The notes below the pieces were generated by a model. It was not told where the DNA came from and searched no databases. It saw only the letters and a list, made by a program, of their open reading frames with translations. This document shows positions 39,185 through 49,102 of a DNA stretch of 64,000 nucleotides, piece by piece. A program made the position numbers and the translations under genes. This stretch comes from Candidatus Poribacteria bacterium (GTDB lineage: Bacteria > Poribacteria > WGA-4E > PCPOR2b), in NCBI GenBank assembly GCA_965116925.1, contig OZ220744.1, forward strand, positions 4,736,001-4,800,000, given 5' to 3'. The stretch's first letter is position 1. Each line of letters opens with the position of its first letter.

Positions 39185-39240
39185 CTATAGACACCACCTC
39201 TCGGTCCAATTTTTACGATTTCAATGACGAGCGTGTCATC
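39181..39240 (-). pseudogene. C-terminal fragment of a RelE/ParE-family toxin
   Basis: DDTLVIEIVKIGPRGGVYR* overlaps the antitoxin start (ATGA); upstream codons are TAA TAA. Confidence 0.7.
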
Positions 39241-39410
39241 TTATTACGCTGTGACAGATTTCTCCTGAAGATTCGATCGGTTTTGAATTCGTGTTATCCG
39301 CGTCATCTGCTTAATCCGCGATTCAGACAATTTTGTGTGTAAAATGTTACCTTTTTCGGTGTTCTGATCTACTTTTGTTTTTCGTCCTATGTAACAAGGC
39401 GCATAAACCC

Positions 39411-40154
39411 CTACCAACGCGGTATCCCACCGAGGAGAAGCTGCTGCTCCGGTGTACCATTTTCAATCAGCTTTGTGACACGGGGCCCATCGAACGGCTC
39501 GCGGGACTTCATCCACGAATTCTGGTAGCACATTAGGCACACCCGTCGCTGCTGGTCAGAGTTGTTGGCGACACCACGATGATAAATCCATCCGTCAAAC
39601 ATAACCGCCTGACCCGGTGTGGCAAGGACGAATTTTTCGTCGGGGAAATGTGGATGCCCTTCAGGCGGACGGAAAGGAACCCGTTGGCTGCCGGGGACAA
39701 TCGCAATCGGACCATTCTCCATCGTCAATTCATCGAGAAAATAGCCGCAGTTTATCTGACCGGGGATACTGCCGTAAGGTGTGTTTTCCGGTGCCATGGG
39801 CCATGGTCCATCACGGTGCCAGTTCTGATCTGGCTCACCCGGCTGCGTCACGCGAGCGGTCGCACTGTGGAGTTGGACGCAGTTGCCGAGAATGGCTTTC
39901 ATGCGTGTAAGCACCGGCGGGTTATCCAAAAGAAATGTAAAGCGGTCGTCCTCCTCCAACAGTTGGTGGGTGAACTGCTCCCCTTTCCTGTCAAAGGTTT
40001 CATCCAACGCCTCGCGCAGTGCCTCCACCTGTTTTTGGCTGATGGCTTCCTCTACAACGAGATACCCCCACTTGAGAAAAAAAGCGACCTCCTGCGCTAA
40101 TTCAGGACTAAGCTCAGGATTCAACTGTTGTGGGATAATTGAACGATCAACCAT
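39411..40154 (-). CDS. PhyH-family dioxygenase
   Basis: F..WGYL, WHRD, NGP..VPGS, YHRG..N.S...R. Confidence 0.88.
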   Translation of the reverse strand: MVDRSIIPQQLNPELSPELAQEVAFFLKWGYLVVEEAISQKQVEALREALDETFDRKGEQFTHQLLEEDDRFTFLLDNPPVLTRMKAILGNCVQLHSATARVTQPGEPDQNWHRDGPWPMAPENTPYGSIPGQINCGYFLDELTMENGPIAIVPGSQRVPFRPPEGHPHFPDEKFVLATPGQAVMFDGWIYHRGVANNSDQQRRVCLMCYQNSWMKSREPFDGPRVTKLIENGTPEQQLLLGGIPRW

Positions 40155-40184
40155 AGTTTATCTTCCTTTAAGCGATGGGAGATT

Positions 40185-41510
40185 TCAATCCGCAGCCATC
40201 TCAATGGATTGCTCAACATCTGATAACATCCCGCGAACCGTTCCCAACATTATTTCCACATTCTCCGCCATATATCGCGTCAGGAGTTGATTGGCGGTCC
40301 TTTCGCATCCCCGCTCAATGAGGAATTTACCCTCTTTCGCTATTTCATAAGCGGTTGTGAACAGTTGGGTTTGGAGTTTTTGCCATTTTGCTTGGACAGT
40401 TGGAATTAGTTCAGGTTCCTCCAAGCGCAGTTTGAGACTCAATTGGCGAAAGAGCCACCACGGACTATCATCCGAAGGGGTCTCATCACCGATCGCTAAG
40501 ACCTCTGGCAATCTCCCTTCAATAAACATCGGCAGAAAAACAGCCAAACAGGGTGAATAGAAGCTACACCAATAGACAGGTAACCGCGAACCATCGTCGC
40601 AGAGGTGTGCAACTAGGCTCGCAGCGGTGTTTCCACCCTCCCCCTTATCATCGTGATGAACACAGATGGAGGTCCCGCCCGTAATTTCCCTTTGAAACGG
40701 TTCATCGGGGTTGCTCCCATCGGAGTGATCACTCAACAACGCCATCATGGTTTGTATCTCAACGTTCCCGGTATATTTACTAAGTACCGCACAGGAACGT
40801 CCTCGCCGCATGGCGCCACTTCCGACCGAGCGGTCTGCTTCACGGCTGTAGGCTTCCGAAAAATTAAACCGCGCTGAAGTATCCGCCCACCAACCCTGTG
40901 CAATTGCTTCGCCCACACCGTTGAGAGATAGGCGATCCCAGTCCTCCTCAAGGGAATAGACGTTGCTGATTCCTACCGCGCCTTGAATCTGCTTAACCGC
41001 CCACTCATGACCCGCAGTCTGGAGGATATACGCTTCTCTCGGATCAGCGATGATGTAGCCGTTGTCGTAGGTGCGAACCCCTTGATCATTGCTGAATTTC
41101 CCCTGACCATATTTCGTAATCAACTCTGTCATGACGGTAACAGCTTCGGCGGCAGTTTCCGCGCGTTCCAAACCGAGCCGTATCAACTCCATACCAATCA
41201 ACTTCGGTGAATCAAACTCATATTTGGAGGCTAACCCCTCGTTTCCGATTACGACCTGATGCTCGTTAAACCCATGTTCGTATCCCCAACACCAATACGG
41301 GCGCGAACCGATATGACGATAGGTTGTAGTCACTCCGGGAAGTTCCACAAATTGGCATTTCGTGCTCGCACCGGCAGGATGGGCCTCTCTTGCGCGTTGC
41401 ACAAGTGGTTGACATTCGGTCGCTGGGCGGTCGCTATTTTTGGCAAAGATCGTTTGATTCTCTTTAGTTGCACTCGGTAGAGCAACCATCGTGTCACAAC
41501 TTTTAGGCAT
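40185..41510 (-). CDS. Peptidase C69 / secernin-like dipeptidase (Ntn hydrolase)
   Basis: SCDT.V N-terminal Cys, FAKNSDRP, WGYEHG.NE..V.IGNE, LRLGLER-like segment. Confidence 0.85.
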   Translation of the reverse strand: MPKSCDTMVALPSATKENQTIFAKNSDRPATECQPLVQRAREAHPAGASTKCQFVELPGVTTTYRHIGSRPYWCWGYEHGFNEHQVVIGNEGLASKYEFDSPKLIGMELIRLGLERAETAAEAVTVMTELITKYGQGKFSNDQGVRTYDNGYIIADPREAYILQTAGHEWAVKQIQGAVGISNVYSLEEDWDRLSLNGVGEAIAQGWWADTSARFNFSEAYSREADRSVGSGAMRRGRSCAVLSKYTGNVEIQTMMALLSDHSDGSNPDEPFQREITGGTSICVHHDDKGEGGNTAASLVAHLCDDGSRLPVYWCSFYSPCLAVFLPMFIEGRLPEVLAIGDETPSDDSPWWLFRQLSLKLRLEEPELIPTVQAKWQKLQTQLFTTAYEIAKEGKFLIERGCERTANQLLTRYMAENVEIMLGTVRGMLSDVEQSIEMAAD

Positions 41511-41535
41511 TACAACCCCCTTCATGTTATTCGGG

Positions 41536-43473
41536 TTAATAGTAAAAGGTATATGTTGGTCGGTTAATCATAATACTTAAGATATTCCAAAAACTTCCAA
41601 CCACAAAATCTCCCAATATCAGTCCCAAGAAAAACGGGACAGCCCTCCGATAAAGCCTGATGCCTCCATACTTCAGCACTCCCCATTTAGCAATAGCGGC
41701 GACGATGAACGCCGCCCAAAAGGTGTACATGTGGAAGGAGACACCGTAACCGAGGGGGTGGATGGGCCACCAGAAAAGATGACCACGTACCACCGCTAGC
41801 AGAATAGTAAACAGGAATCCGATGGTTATAGCGATGATGTGTGCGGTGTCCGCATCTCGCGGTGCGGTGAGCCAACCGTGCAGAAAGCGATACGAGCGTC
41901 CCCCAAAACTGTTGATCTGCCCGCCTACTTTGCCGGTATCTACGCCGAGATCAAAAAAGACATTCACCAACATCAGAATACACAACGGCATCGCAATAAT
42001 GATGAGTGTCAGCATCAGACGGGACAATCCTTTGACATCAAGGTTTCCGCGCTCCGCAAGTTTGAATGCTTCGAGCTGGTGCGGCATCGGGTGGCTTCGA
42101 TTGTCTCGATTGAACCAGAAAAACAGGGAAAACCAGGTGAGATTTTGCCCGCCAATCCTTCGAGTACCAAACAGACTGACGAGGCTATGGTGGGGTCCAA
42201 TGAAGGTTGTATTATGGATGGAAAGACCAATCTGAGCACGGATGCGCGTGACGGCAATGGCAATGGTTAGAAAATGTGCCACGAAAAACAGGACAGCAAT
42301 CCAGAGTGCCATTCCGCCCCGCATCGCAAACCAGACGAGGAATATCCCACCGAATAATAGACCGAGAAATGCCGTCCGATATCGCATCGGTTCGTTGTCA
42401 TCTTCACGTGGTCTCCGTCCAACAGCCTGCTGAAGTGCCCGCCATATCTGCCGTCGTGTTCCCCACAGCACAATCACGGAAACCCCTGTATACGCCCCAA
42501 TGTTCTGCTCATAAGGGAAAGGAAAACCGGGCAGACTGTCCAGCCCAGATATAATTCCAATGAAGGCTTGCATCTTATATAAGAAGAAAAAGAGGATACA
42601 TGACATGAGCAGGTCAAGTGGCATTAAAAAGCTAAGTCCAACCGCAAACGGATAGACCAGAATCGCACTTCCGCCCGTCAAAAAGGCAGTCCACGGTTTT
42701 TCCGTGAAGAACATATTTAAGGAGAAATGCTTCACCGGAATCTCAGGGAGAACAGGGAGAAAGAGGTGGAGCCCATTGAGAATACTGATAAATGCCGCGA
42801 TCGAAAATCCCCACCACATTGGGACACTGCGAAAGAAGTTTCGACTGTTGTAAGAAATCTGGTAAGGCAGCTCAACAATCGGATAAACAAGCCGTTCCTG
42901 CTCCGCCCACTGCTTACGGATAATTGTATTGATACACTGCATCACAAAAAGCAAGGCAAAGCTGAAGGCACACCACCAGATTGTAGGTTCTATCCAGTGA
43001 CGAATATAACGCCACTGAAGGAAGTCTTCATCACCACGATAAAAAGGGATTAGAATATCCGGGTCGTTAATGGTCAACCACTCTGGTAGGTACTTCCAGA
43101 ACAGGTCGCGCCACTCATTCTCCGGCGTGGCGAAATAGAAGGCGTGGACAATGATCGAGACCAGTGGCAGGAACATGTCGTACGACATGAACAGGAGCGT
43201 CATTGACATCAAGACGTAGAGGGAGATTAATTCCCCACCCGTAAAGGCGTACTTGGCTGCGAACTTTTTTAGGGGAGCATTGATTATAACTAAAATTAGG
43301 ATGGTAAAAACGACACTGTAAAAGGGAGCCATCAGCGTCGGGAAGGTGTATCGCAGTGCCTCACACTCGATGTGCCAAACATAGATGAACGGCAGGAAAA
43401 GCAGTGAAAGTATTATCGTTCGCCAAGTAATTTTTTCGGGCGGTTGTCTGGAAGACAGGGCAGGCGTCGTCAT
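41536..43473 (-). CDS. Multi-TM putative peptide transporter (DUF6785/DUF6784, OPT-like)
   Basis: Many TM segments; RKQW...ERL.YP, WWPIHPLGY, KYGG..LYR...PFFLGLILG. Confidence 0.7.
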   Translation of the reverse strand: MTTPALSSRQPPEKITWRTIILSLLFLPFIYVWHIECEALRYTFPTLMAPFYSVVFTILILVIINAPLKKFAAKYAFTGGELISLYVLMSMTLLFMSYDMFLPLVSIIVHAFYFATPENEWRDLFWKYLPEWLTINDPDILIPFYRGDEDFLQWRYIRHWIEPTIWWCAFSFALLFVMQCINTIIRKQWAEQERLVYPIVELPYQISYNSRNFFRSVPMWWGFSIAAFISILNGLHLFLPVLPEIPVKHFSLNMFFTEKPWTAFLTGGSAILVYPFAVGLSFLMPLDLLMSCILFFFLYKMQAFIGIISGLDSLPGFPFPYEQNIGAYTGVSVIVLWGTRRQIWRALQQAVGRRPREDDNEPMRYRTAFLGLLFGGIFLVWFAMRGGMALWIAVLFFVAHFLTIAIAVTRIRAQIGLSIHNTTFIGPHHSLVSLFGTRRIGGQNLTWFSLFFWFNRDNRSHPMPHQLEAFKLAERGNLDVKGLSRLMLTLIIIAMPLCILMLVNVFFDLGVDTGKVGGQINSFGGRSYRFLHGWLTAPRDADTAHIIAITIGFLFTILLAVVRGHLFWWPIHPLGYGVSFHMYTFWAAFIVAAIAKWGVLKYGGIRLYRRAVPFFLGLILGDFVVGSFWNILSIMINRPTYTFYY

Positions 43474-43591
43474 AAAGGTTTCTGTTGAATTGAATTGTGT
43501 TGCTCTCTGGAGGTGGCAATTAAAGTTACATCATCAAAGAAGTAAGTATACCCGATTTCTGTTTTATTGACAACTTAAAAACCGACATTCC

Positions 43592-43686
43592 TAGGGTCAT
43601 TTAATTCTCCCGTAGTTCGATCTCCCGGTCAAGGTTACGGCGGGGAGACCAGATGCGCCGCCTACGGATTCGGGTCATTCCGAAAT
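43592..43686. repeat. Truncated copy of the TAGGGTCATTTA MITE
   Basis: Aligns with 36385-36470; no right TIR. Confidence 0.75.
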
Positions 43687-43818
43687 TATCCAATATCAGT
43701 CAGCAAAATTTGCATAAACAGATATGTAAAATCCAAGCGCAAACCTTTTTGCTGGACACGCCTTCGCCCCTGTGGTAAACTAATTTAGGTTGCTATCAGA
43801 CATTGTTTCCATACGGAA

Positions 43819-44598
43819 GTGATTGATCCGATGAATATGCTCCCATTTACCATCAAAACAACAGATCAGGCGACGATGCATCTCTGTCGTATTACATCAC
43901 CGGCGCAGCACGAGGAGCTCGATGTTGAGGTTGGATTTCTGCTCCGTTCATGGGAAATTCATCGCCTGCACGCGCTCAGAGATAGCACACGCCGTAACCT
44001 CACGAAGCAAATTCTCAATGAGGTCCCCAACGATGCGTACAAGATGTTTATAAGGTTCTTGAGAGGTGCTGCTGAGCCCGAAGTCTTTTTGCCAACAGTC
44101 CGCTTAGACCACTATCTACATCGTCAATATTGTCTCCTTTTATCTTCCGGACGGACACGCGAACTGTTTGAGGTTTATAACAGGGGCAGTCGCTATAGCC
44201 GACGGCTTATCAACTTCAGTGGATACGATCTTATTGTGGGTGCAGGGATTCAACTGTTAGACACGGAGGCTTACCTAATTGCTCCAAACAAGTATACAAT
44301 TTTTCTTCGTCAGGTCAATGCAGCCAATGAGATCAACGTCTATCATAGCGATTTCATTGATCTCGCCGGCAGTACGCCTCCGCCGTTAGCACTCCGCCCC
44401 CAAGAGATCATTGATACTGTTCGGAATAACATCAGCGCAGAGACCGAAGCCAAAGCCCCTCATCAGCAACGCGATCAGGAAAAATCATCCGCCACGATAG
44501 CAGAATGTCCGGAATGTGGTGGGGAGGTTCAGCAGATTGGCGGGGAGAACTGCTTCTGCCTTGAGTGTAATTGGGATAATTTGCCGGCACTGAGGTGA
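43819..44598 (+). CDS. Hypothetical protein with C-terminal zinc ribbon
   Basis: CPECGG...CFCLECNW; start uncertain. Confidence 0.65.
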   Translation: MIDPMNMLPFTIKTTDQATMHLCRITSPAQHEELDVEVGFLLRSWEIHRLHALRDSTRRNLTKQILNEVPNDAYKMFIRFLRGAAEPEVFLPTVRLDHYLHRQYCLLLSSGRTRELFEVYNRGSRYSRRLINFSGYDLIVGAGIQLLDTEAYLIAPNKYTIFLRQVNAANEINVYHSDFIDLAGSTPPPLALRPQEIIDTVRNNISAETEAKAPHQQRDQEKSSATIAECPECGGEVQQIGGENCFCLECNWDNLPALR

Positions 44599-44614
44599 GA
44601 ACCTACGGCTCAGA

Positions 44615-45046
44615 TTAATTCCGCACTCAGCGGAATCCAGAATTCGGTGGGTTAGGCTTAGGACGCTGCCAACTCCGATTCGCAACGCGGATTTGGATGC
44701 GTTTGTTGTTCCAGGCACCGCCACGTAGCACACGCACACCCCCTGTTTCAACGCCGGTCGGATTTCGGATCGGGCTAACCGCGTAATAGTCGGGTTCGTA
44801 CCAATCGTGGCACCACTCCCATACGCTGCCTGCACAATCGTATAAGCCGAATCCATTCGGTGGAAAACTCCCCACCGGCAGCGGTACGCTGTGCTTTTGA
44901 CCGAAGTCCGCACGATCTTTCGGAGATTCATCGCCCCATGGATATTCCTTTAGGACGAGACCCCCTCTTGCCGCTTTTTCCCATTCCGCTTCGGTAGGCA
45001 GCCGTTTACCAACCCATTTGCAGTAGGCAACGGCATCGAACCAATG
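44615..45046 (-). pseudogene. 5'-truncated FGE-sulfatase (SUMF1/EgtB/PvdO) domain gene with TGA at the GFRC cysteine
   Basis: One frame reads [28 protein letters not shown]...NGFGLYD..G.VWEWC.DWY...RVLRGGAW...SGFR*VRN*; no start codon upstream of the homology. Confidence 0.8.
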
Positions 45047-45129
45047 AGCACAGGATCCCCTATTGTATTTTGATTTGCTTAATCGCCAACATGCTGCTAT
45101 ACTTTTGTTTAGTAGATCCCGTCAAATTA

Positions 45130-45696
45130 ATGAGAAAGGATAAATCTCCTGTGACTTTAGCAGAAGTATTCAATTTATGTCAAGATATAGAACTAAGACA
45201 TGCAAAACTATACGCAACGCTATCCCTTCTGCTGGGGAACGTCGATGAGCGGGTCGCTCGGTTTTGGGAACAGATGAGCACAGAGGAATGGCAACACTAT
45301 ATCCTTGTCGATTTTGGAAGGTCACTGTGCGCTCGAAGCTTTGGATTGAACACGCCAGCCACAGAAATGCCACCTGTATCTATTCAGCAGATTACGCAAG
45401 CACTAGACAAATATGAGGGACAAGTGGGTTCAGAACAGGTTACGCTCCAAGAGGGATTTGAGATTGCTATTGAGATAGAAGGAAGCGAAGCGGACACGGT
45501 CTATATGTATCTGCTTTCAATTATCAGAAAGGCGATTTATCAGAGCCAAGAAACCTACTTACTGGACCGTATTTCCCAAATCGAGAAGGACATGCACACA
45601 CACATTGATCACCTAATTGATGCAACAAAGCGGTTTGCCAAGGATCCGGAACTCGTCCGAAGAGCGTATAGCTTGAAGGAACACCACTCCCACTAA
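45130..45696 (+). CDS. Ferritin/rubrerythrin-like protein
   Basis: IE....LY, EE..H, AIEIE, E..MH..H helical-bundle pattern. Confidence 0.65.
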   Translation: MRKDKSPVTLAEVFNLCQDIELRHAKLYATLSLLLGNVDERVARFWEQMSTEEWQHYILVDFGRSLCARSFGLNTPATEMPPVSIQQITQALDKYEGQVGSEQVTLQEGFEIAIEIEGSEADTVYMYLLSIIRKAIYQSQETYLLDRISQIEKDMHTHIDHLIDATKRFAKDPELVRRAYSLKEHHSH

Positions 45697-45751
45697 CTGA
45701 GGCAGTATTAACTCCTAATGATGCAGTGGAGGTAGAAAACTGGGTATGATT

Positions 45752-45969
45752 TATAGTGGATCTTAGAATTAATGAGACGCTCCCAACCGGTGCGGTTAGA
45801 TGAAGTTTAAGTATTTAAATCGGTAATCCCTATTTTCCTCGAAACATACGGTAGGCGCGGTTTTCAACCGCGCCGGCGTCGCTAGCAAATTACCGAATTA
45901 TTTTTTTAATTTTCATGAAACCGCACCTACCGGGGGGCGCAAGTGTCTATTTTTTTAGAATTCACCATA
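45752..45969. repeat. MITE A (TIR TATAGTGGATC) interrupted by nested MITE B (45800-45916)
   Basis: Flanks match the uninterrupted copy at 57520-57622; the insert has its own TIRs ATGAA...TTCAT. Confidence 0.85.
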
Positions 45970-46025
45970 ATGTATTATTTCACCCGAGTTTTGAATCACA
46001 AATATCTTTAGAGAAGGAAATAGAG

Positions 46026-47039
46026 ATGACATACTACGTTTATATTCCGATTGCAGGCGAGAATAAAATTTCAACCTTTACCTTGAATCCAGATACAGGG
46101 CAGCTCACGTTTCAGCGTGATGTAGCGGTCGGCGCCGGACCTGGGCCGCTGGCAATCGATCCTGAGAGTAAATTTCTTTACGCAGGACTCCGCTCGATAC
46201 AGGAAATCGCAAGTTTCAGCATTGACCCAAGCACAGGCGATTTGTCGCCCATAGGATCGGTATCGCTTGAGTCAGATCCCTGCTATATCTCCACAGATGG
46301 AAACGGCAACTTCTTACTCGCCGCTTACTACGGTGCCGGGGCGATATCGGTACATCCCATCGGTGAGGACGGGGTTGTGGGTGGTCCCACCATCGAATGG
46401 CGCGAGACAGCAAACAACGCGCATTGCGTCATGACCGATGCGTCCAATAAGTTCGCCTTTCTGCCCCACGTCGGTGAATCCAACGCAATTTTTCAATTCC
46501 AATTTGATGAAAACACCGGCGCACTAACTCCCAATACTTCCGTTCCTGTGCTTGCCGCTGGCGAAGGGGAAGGACCCCGCCATTATGTTTTTCATCCAAA
46601 TATAGATGTGCTCTATACCTCAAACGAGCAGGGGTGCAGCATAACCGCCTACAATTTTGACTCTTCAGCGGGCACCTTGTCCGCTTTTCAGACGGTTTCG
46701 ACGCTACCGGAGGATTTCAATGAGGAAAACTCCTGTGCACAGATCCATATCACACCCAACGGAAAATTCGTGTATGTTTCAAACCGTGGGCATGATAGTA
46801 TCGCCGGGTTCGCAACCGATGATGAGACAGGCGCACTCACCGCAATCGGACAGCAGCCAACAGAGCCAACACCGAGAGCGTTCAATGTTGACTTGACGGG
46901 GAACTTCCTGTTTGCCGGCGGTCAGGGGTCGGGGAGACTTGCTACCTACCGGATTGATTCCCAGAGCGGTCAACTCCAACCTTTGGAAACGTACACGGTT
47001 GGGGACAACCCGATGTGGGTGCTTTTTGTGCAGTTATGA
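46026..47039 (+). CDS. pgl: Lactonase, 6-phosphogluconolactonase (beta-propeller) family
   Basis: GPRH..FHP, YVSNRGHDSI, PR.FN.D; AGGA upstream. Confidence 0.85.
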   Translation: MTYYVYIPIAGENKISTFTLNPDTGQLTFQRDVAVGAGPGPLAIDPESKFLYAGLRSIQEIASFSIDPSTGDLSPIGSVSLESDPCYISTDGNGNFLLAAYYGAGAISVHPIGEDGVVGGPTIEWRETANNAHCVMTDASNKFAFLPHVGESNAIFQFQFDENTGALTPNTSVPVLAAGEGEGPRHYVFHPNIDVLYTSNEQGCSITAYNFDSSAGTLSAFQTVSTLPEDFNEENSCAQIHITPNGKFVYVSNRGHDSIAGFATDDETGALTAIGQQPTEPTPRAFNVDLTGNFLFAGGQGSGRLATYRIDSQSGQLQPLETYTVGDNPMWVLFVQL

Positions 47040-47077
47040 GGAGGACAGCAAGGGGTTGTGATTCTTGTTCTTCAGTT

Positions 47078-49102
47078 CTATGAAGGATTCTCCTCATTTG
47101 TTTGTATTGGGTTTTGACTTTCAGGGTTATCAAACAGATCGGCGACCTGAGCGATTTTCTCAGGATTTCCGAGCAGATAAACTTCGTCATCGAACTCAAT
47201 CCGTAGTTCACCGTGCGGATTAGTTAAAATCTGTTCGTTTCGTCGGACTGCTAAGGCTGTTACCTCGTATATCCCTCGTAAAGCGATTTCTGCCAGCGAT
47301 TTTCCAACAAAAGGTGATTTCGGATCGACCCATAGGACTGAAATCTCAAGGTCAGGAAAATGCACTTTCAGATCGGAAACGGGCGGCACGTCTTGGGACA
47401 GGGTACGGAACATTTTATAACCGTCGGCGCGCACCTCCGCGACGAACTGTTCAATCTGATCGTGAGGGATGAGGTATTCCATCAACACCCGCGTGAAAAT
47501 TTCGACGGATGTCTCGAACTCCTCTGGAATCACTTCGTTTGCCCCGACACGGTATAGCGGCTCCACTTCAGCAAGATGGCGCGTTCTGGCGATAATGTGC
47601 GCCGTTGGATTCAAGGCATGGGCGGTTGCCACAATTCGACGCGAGGCAGCGTCGTCAGAAATCACCACCACCACCACTCGCGCCGCCTTGATGTTCGCAT
47701 GATAAAGCACCGCATCATAAATAGCATCACCGTAGAAAATCGGCTCACCATTTGCCCGTTCTACGCGGACGGTTTCAGGATTCATTTCGACGATGACATA
47801 CGGGATATTTGCCGCCTGCGCCGCTTTTGCGACGTTTCGGCCGTTGACTCCGAAGCCAATGATGATGACATGGTTCGTCTGCTCGACATCCTGCGTTGAA
47901 GCGATGGGTTTCAATCCTGACACGAGTCGTCTTGGCAGCGGCAATCGTAATATCCCACCGGCGACATGAGGTGCCGCCGAGATAATAAACGGCGTTGCAG
48001 CCATCGTTACAACCGAAACAGCGAGAAACAGTTTGTAATTTGTGTCACTGAGCAAGCCGTGTTCGATACCCGATTTGGAGAGGATAAACGCAAATTCCCC
48101 CACCTGACTGAGTGTGAGCCCTGCCAAAATCGCCGTGCGTAGTGGGTATCCGAGCATCGAGGTTACCCCTCCTGCAATGATACTTTTTGCAACGAGAACA
48201 CCGATTGTCACTCCTGCAATTAACAACGGCTTTTGAACTAGCACGTGAAGATCAAGTAGCATCCCAACGGACACAAAGAAGAAACTGGTGAACACATCCC
48301 GAAACGGTGAGATGTGGCCAAGTGCGTCGTGGCTCGACTCCGATTCGGAGACGATCAGTCCCGCGAGGAAGGCACCAAGTGCCAAAGACACGCCGAAACG
48401 CGACGTCAACCAGACGACAGCGAGGCAGATGGCGAGAACGCTCAACAAGAAAACCTCTCGGCTGCGCGTTTGAAGTACCTGTGATAGAATCAGTGGCACG
48501 ATGTACTTTGCACCAACAAACACCACACCAATCATTACAGCGGCTTTTGCCAACAGTAAAATGAGCGCTCTGCTTATGTCACTCGCTTCACCAGCGAGGA
48601 TTGGGGTGATGAGTATCATCGGGACAATGGCAATATCCTGAAAAATCAGGATTGCCAATGCGGTGCGCCCGTGTGGTGTCCGCGTTTCGTCGCGTTCTTG
48701 TAGCAGTTTCATCACAATTGCTGTGCTGCTGACGGCGGCGAGGCACCCCATAAAAAGCGATTCGTTGGTCGCCAGACCGAAGTACCGGGCTACTGCAAAC
48801 GCCACCAGAAGCGTTAATCCGACTTGTAACGATCCGCCCAGCAACACCGCTCGCTTAATCTGGAGCAGATTTTTCAGCGAGAATTCAATCCCGATAGTAA
48901 ATAGCAGCAAGATGACACCAATTTCCGCTAGAATTTCGACTTCATGGCTTGCCTGAATCAGACCCAATCCGTGAGGGCCTGCAATCAGTCCTGTCAAGAG
49001 AAAGCCAACAATCGAAGGCACACTCAACCTATGACAGATCAGTAGAACACCAATCGATAAACCGAATATGATGCAGATGTCATAAAGCAAAGGAATTTCC
49101 AT
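47078..49102 (-). CDS. CPA2 cation:proton antiporter with TrkA-N/TrkA-C domains (Kef-like)
   Basis: AEIGVILLLF.IG.E, IFQD, LGAFLAG, QVGEF.F, IIGFG.NG. Confidence 0.92.
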   Translation of the reverse strand: MEIPLLYDICIIFGLSIGVLLICHRLSVPSIVGFLLTGLIAGPHGLGLIQASHEVEILAEIGVILLLFTIGIEFSLKNLLQIKRAVLLGGSLQVGLTLLVAFAVARYFGLATNESLFMGCLAAVSSTAIVMKLLQERDETRTPHGRTALAILIFQDIAIVPMILITPILAGEASDISRALILLLAKAAVMIGVVFVGAKYIVPLILSQVLQTRSREVFLLSVLAICLAVVWLTSRFGVSLALGAFLAGLIVSESESSHDALGHISPFRDVFTSFFFVSVGMLLDLHVLVQKPLLIAGVTIGVLVAKSIIAGGVTSMLGYPLRTAILAGLTLSQVGEFAFILSKSGIEHGLLSDTNYKLFLAVSVVTMAATPFIISAAPHVAGGILRLPLPRRLVSGLKPIASTQDVEQTNHVIIIGFGVNGRNVAKAAQAANIPYVIVEMNPETVRVERANGEPIFYGDAIYDAVLYHANIKAARVVVVVISDDAASRRIVATAHALNPTAHIIARTRHLAEVEPLYRVGANEVIPEEFETSVEIFTRVLMEYLIPHDQIEQFVAEVRADGYKMFRTLSQDVPPVSDLKVHFPDLEISVLWVDPKSPFVGKSLAEIALRGIYEVTALAVRRNEQILTNPHGELRIEFDDEVYLLGNPEKIAQVADLFDNPESQNPIQTNEENPS

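Noticed and set aside
38674..39400. Functional CRISPR-Cas locus
   Set aside because: Only a cas6 tail; no regularly spaced repeats seen anywhere in the window.
45915..46025. N-terminal extension of the lactonase, and small ORFs at 7575, 20661, 49429 and 57467
   Set aside because: They are translations of repeat or tRNA sequence.
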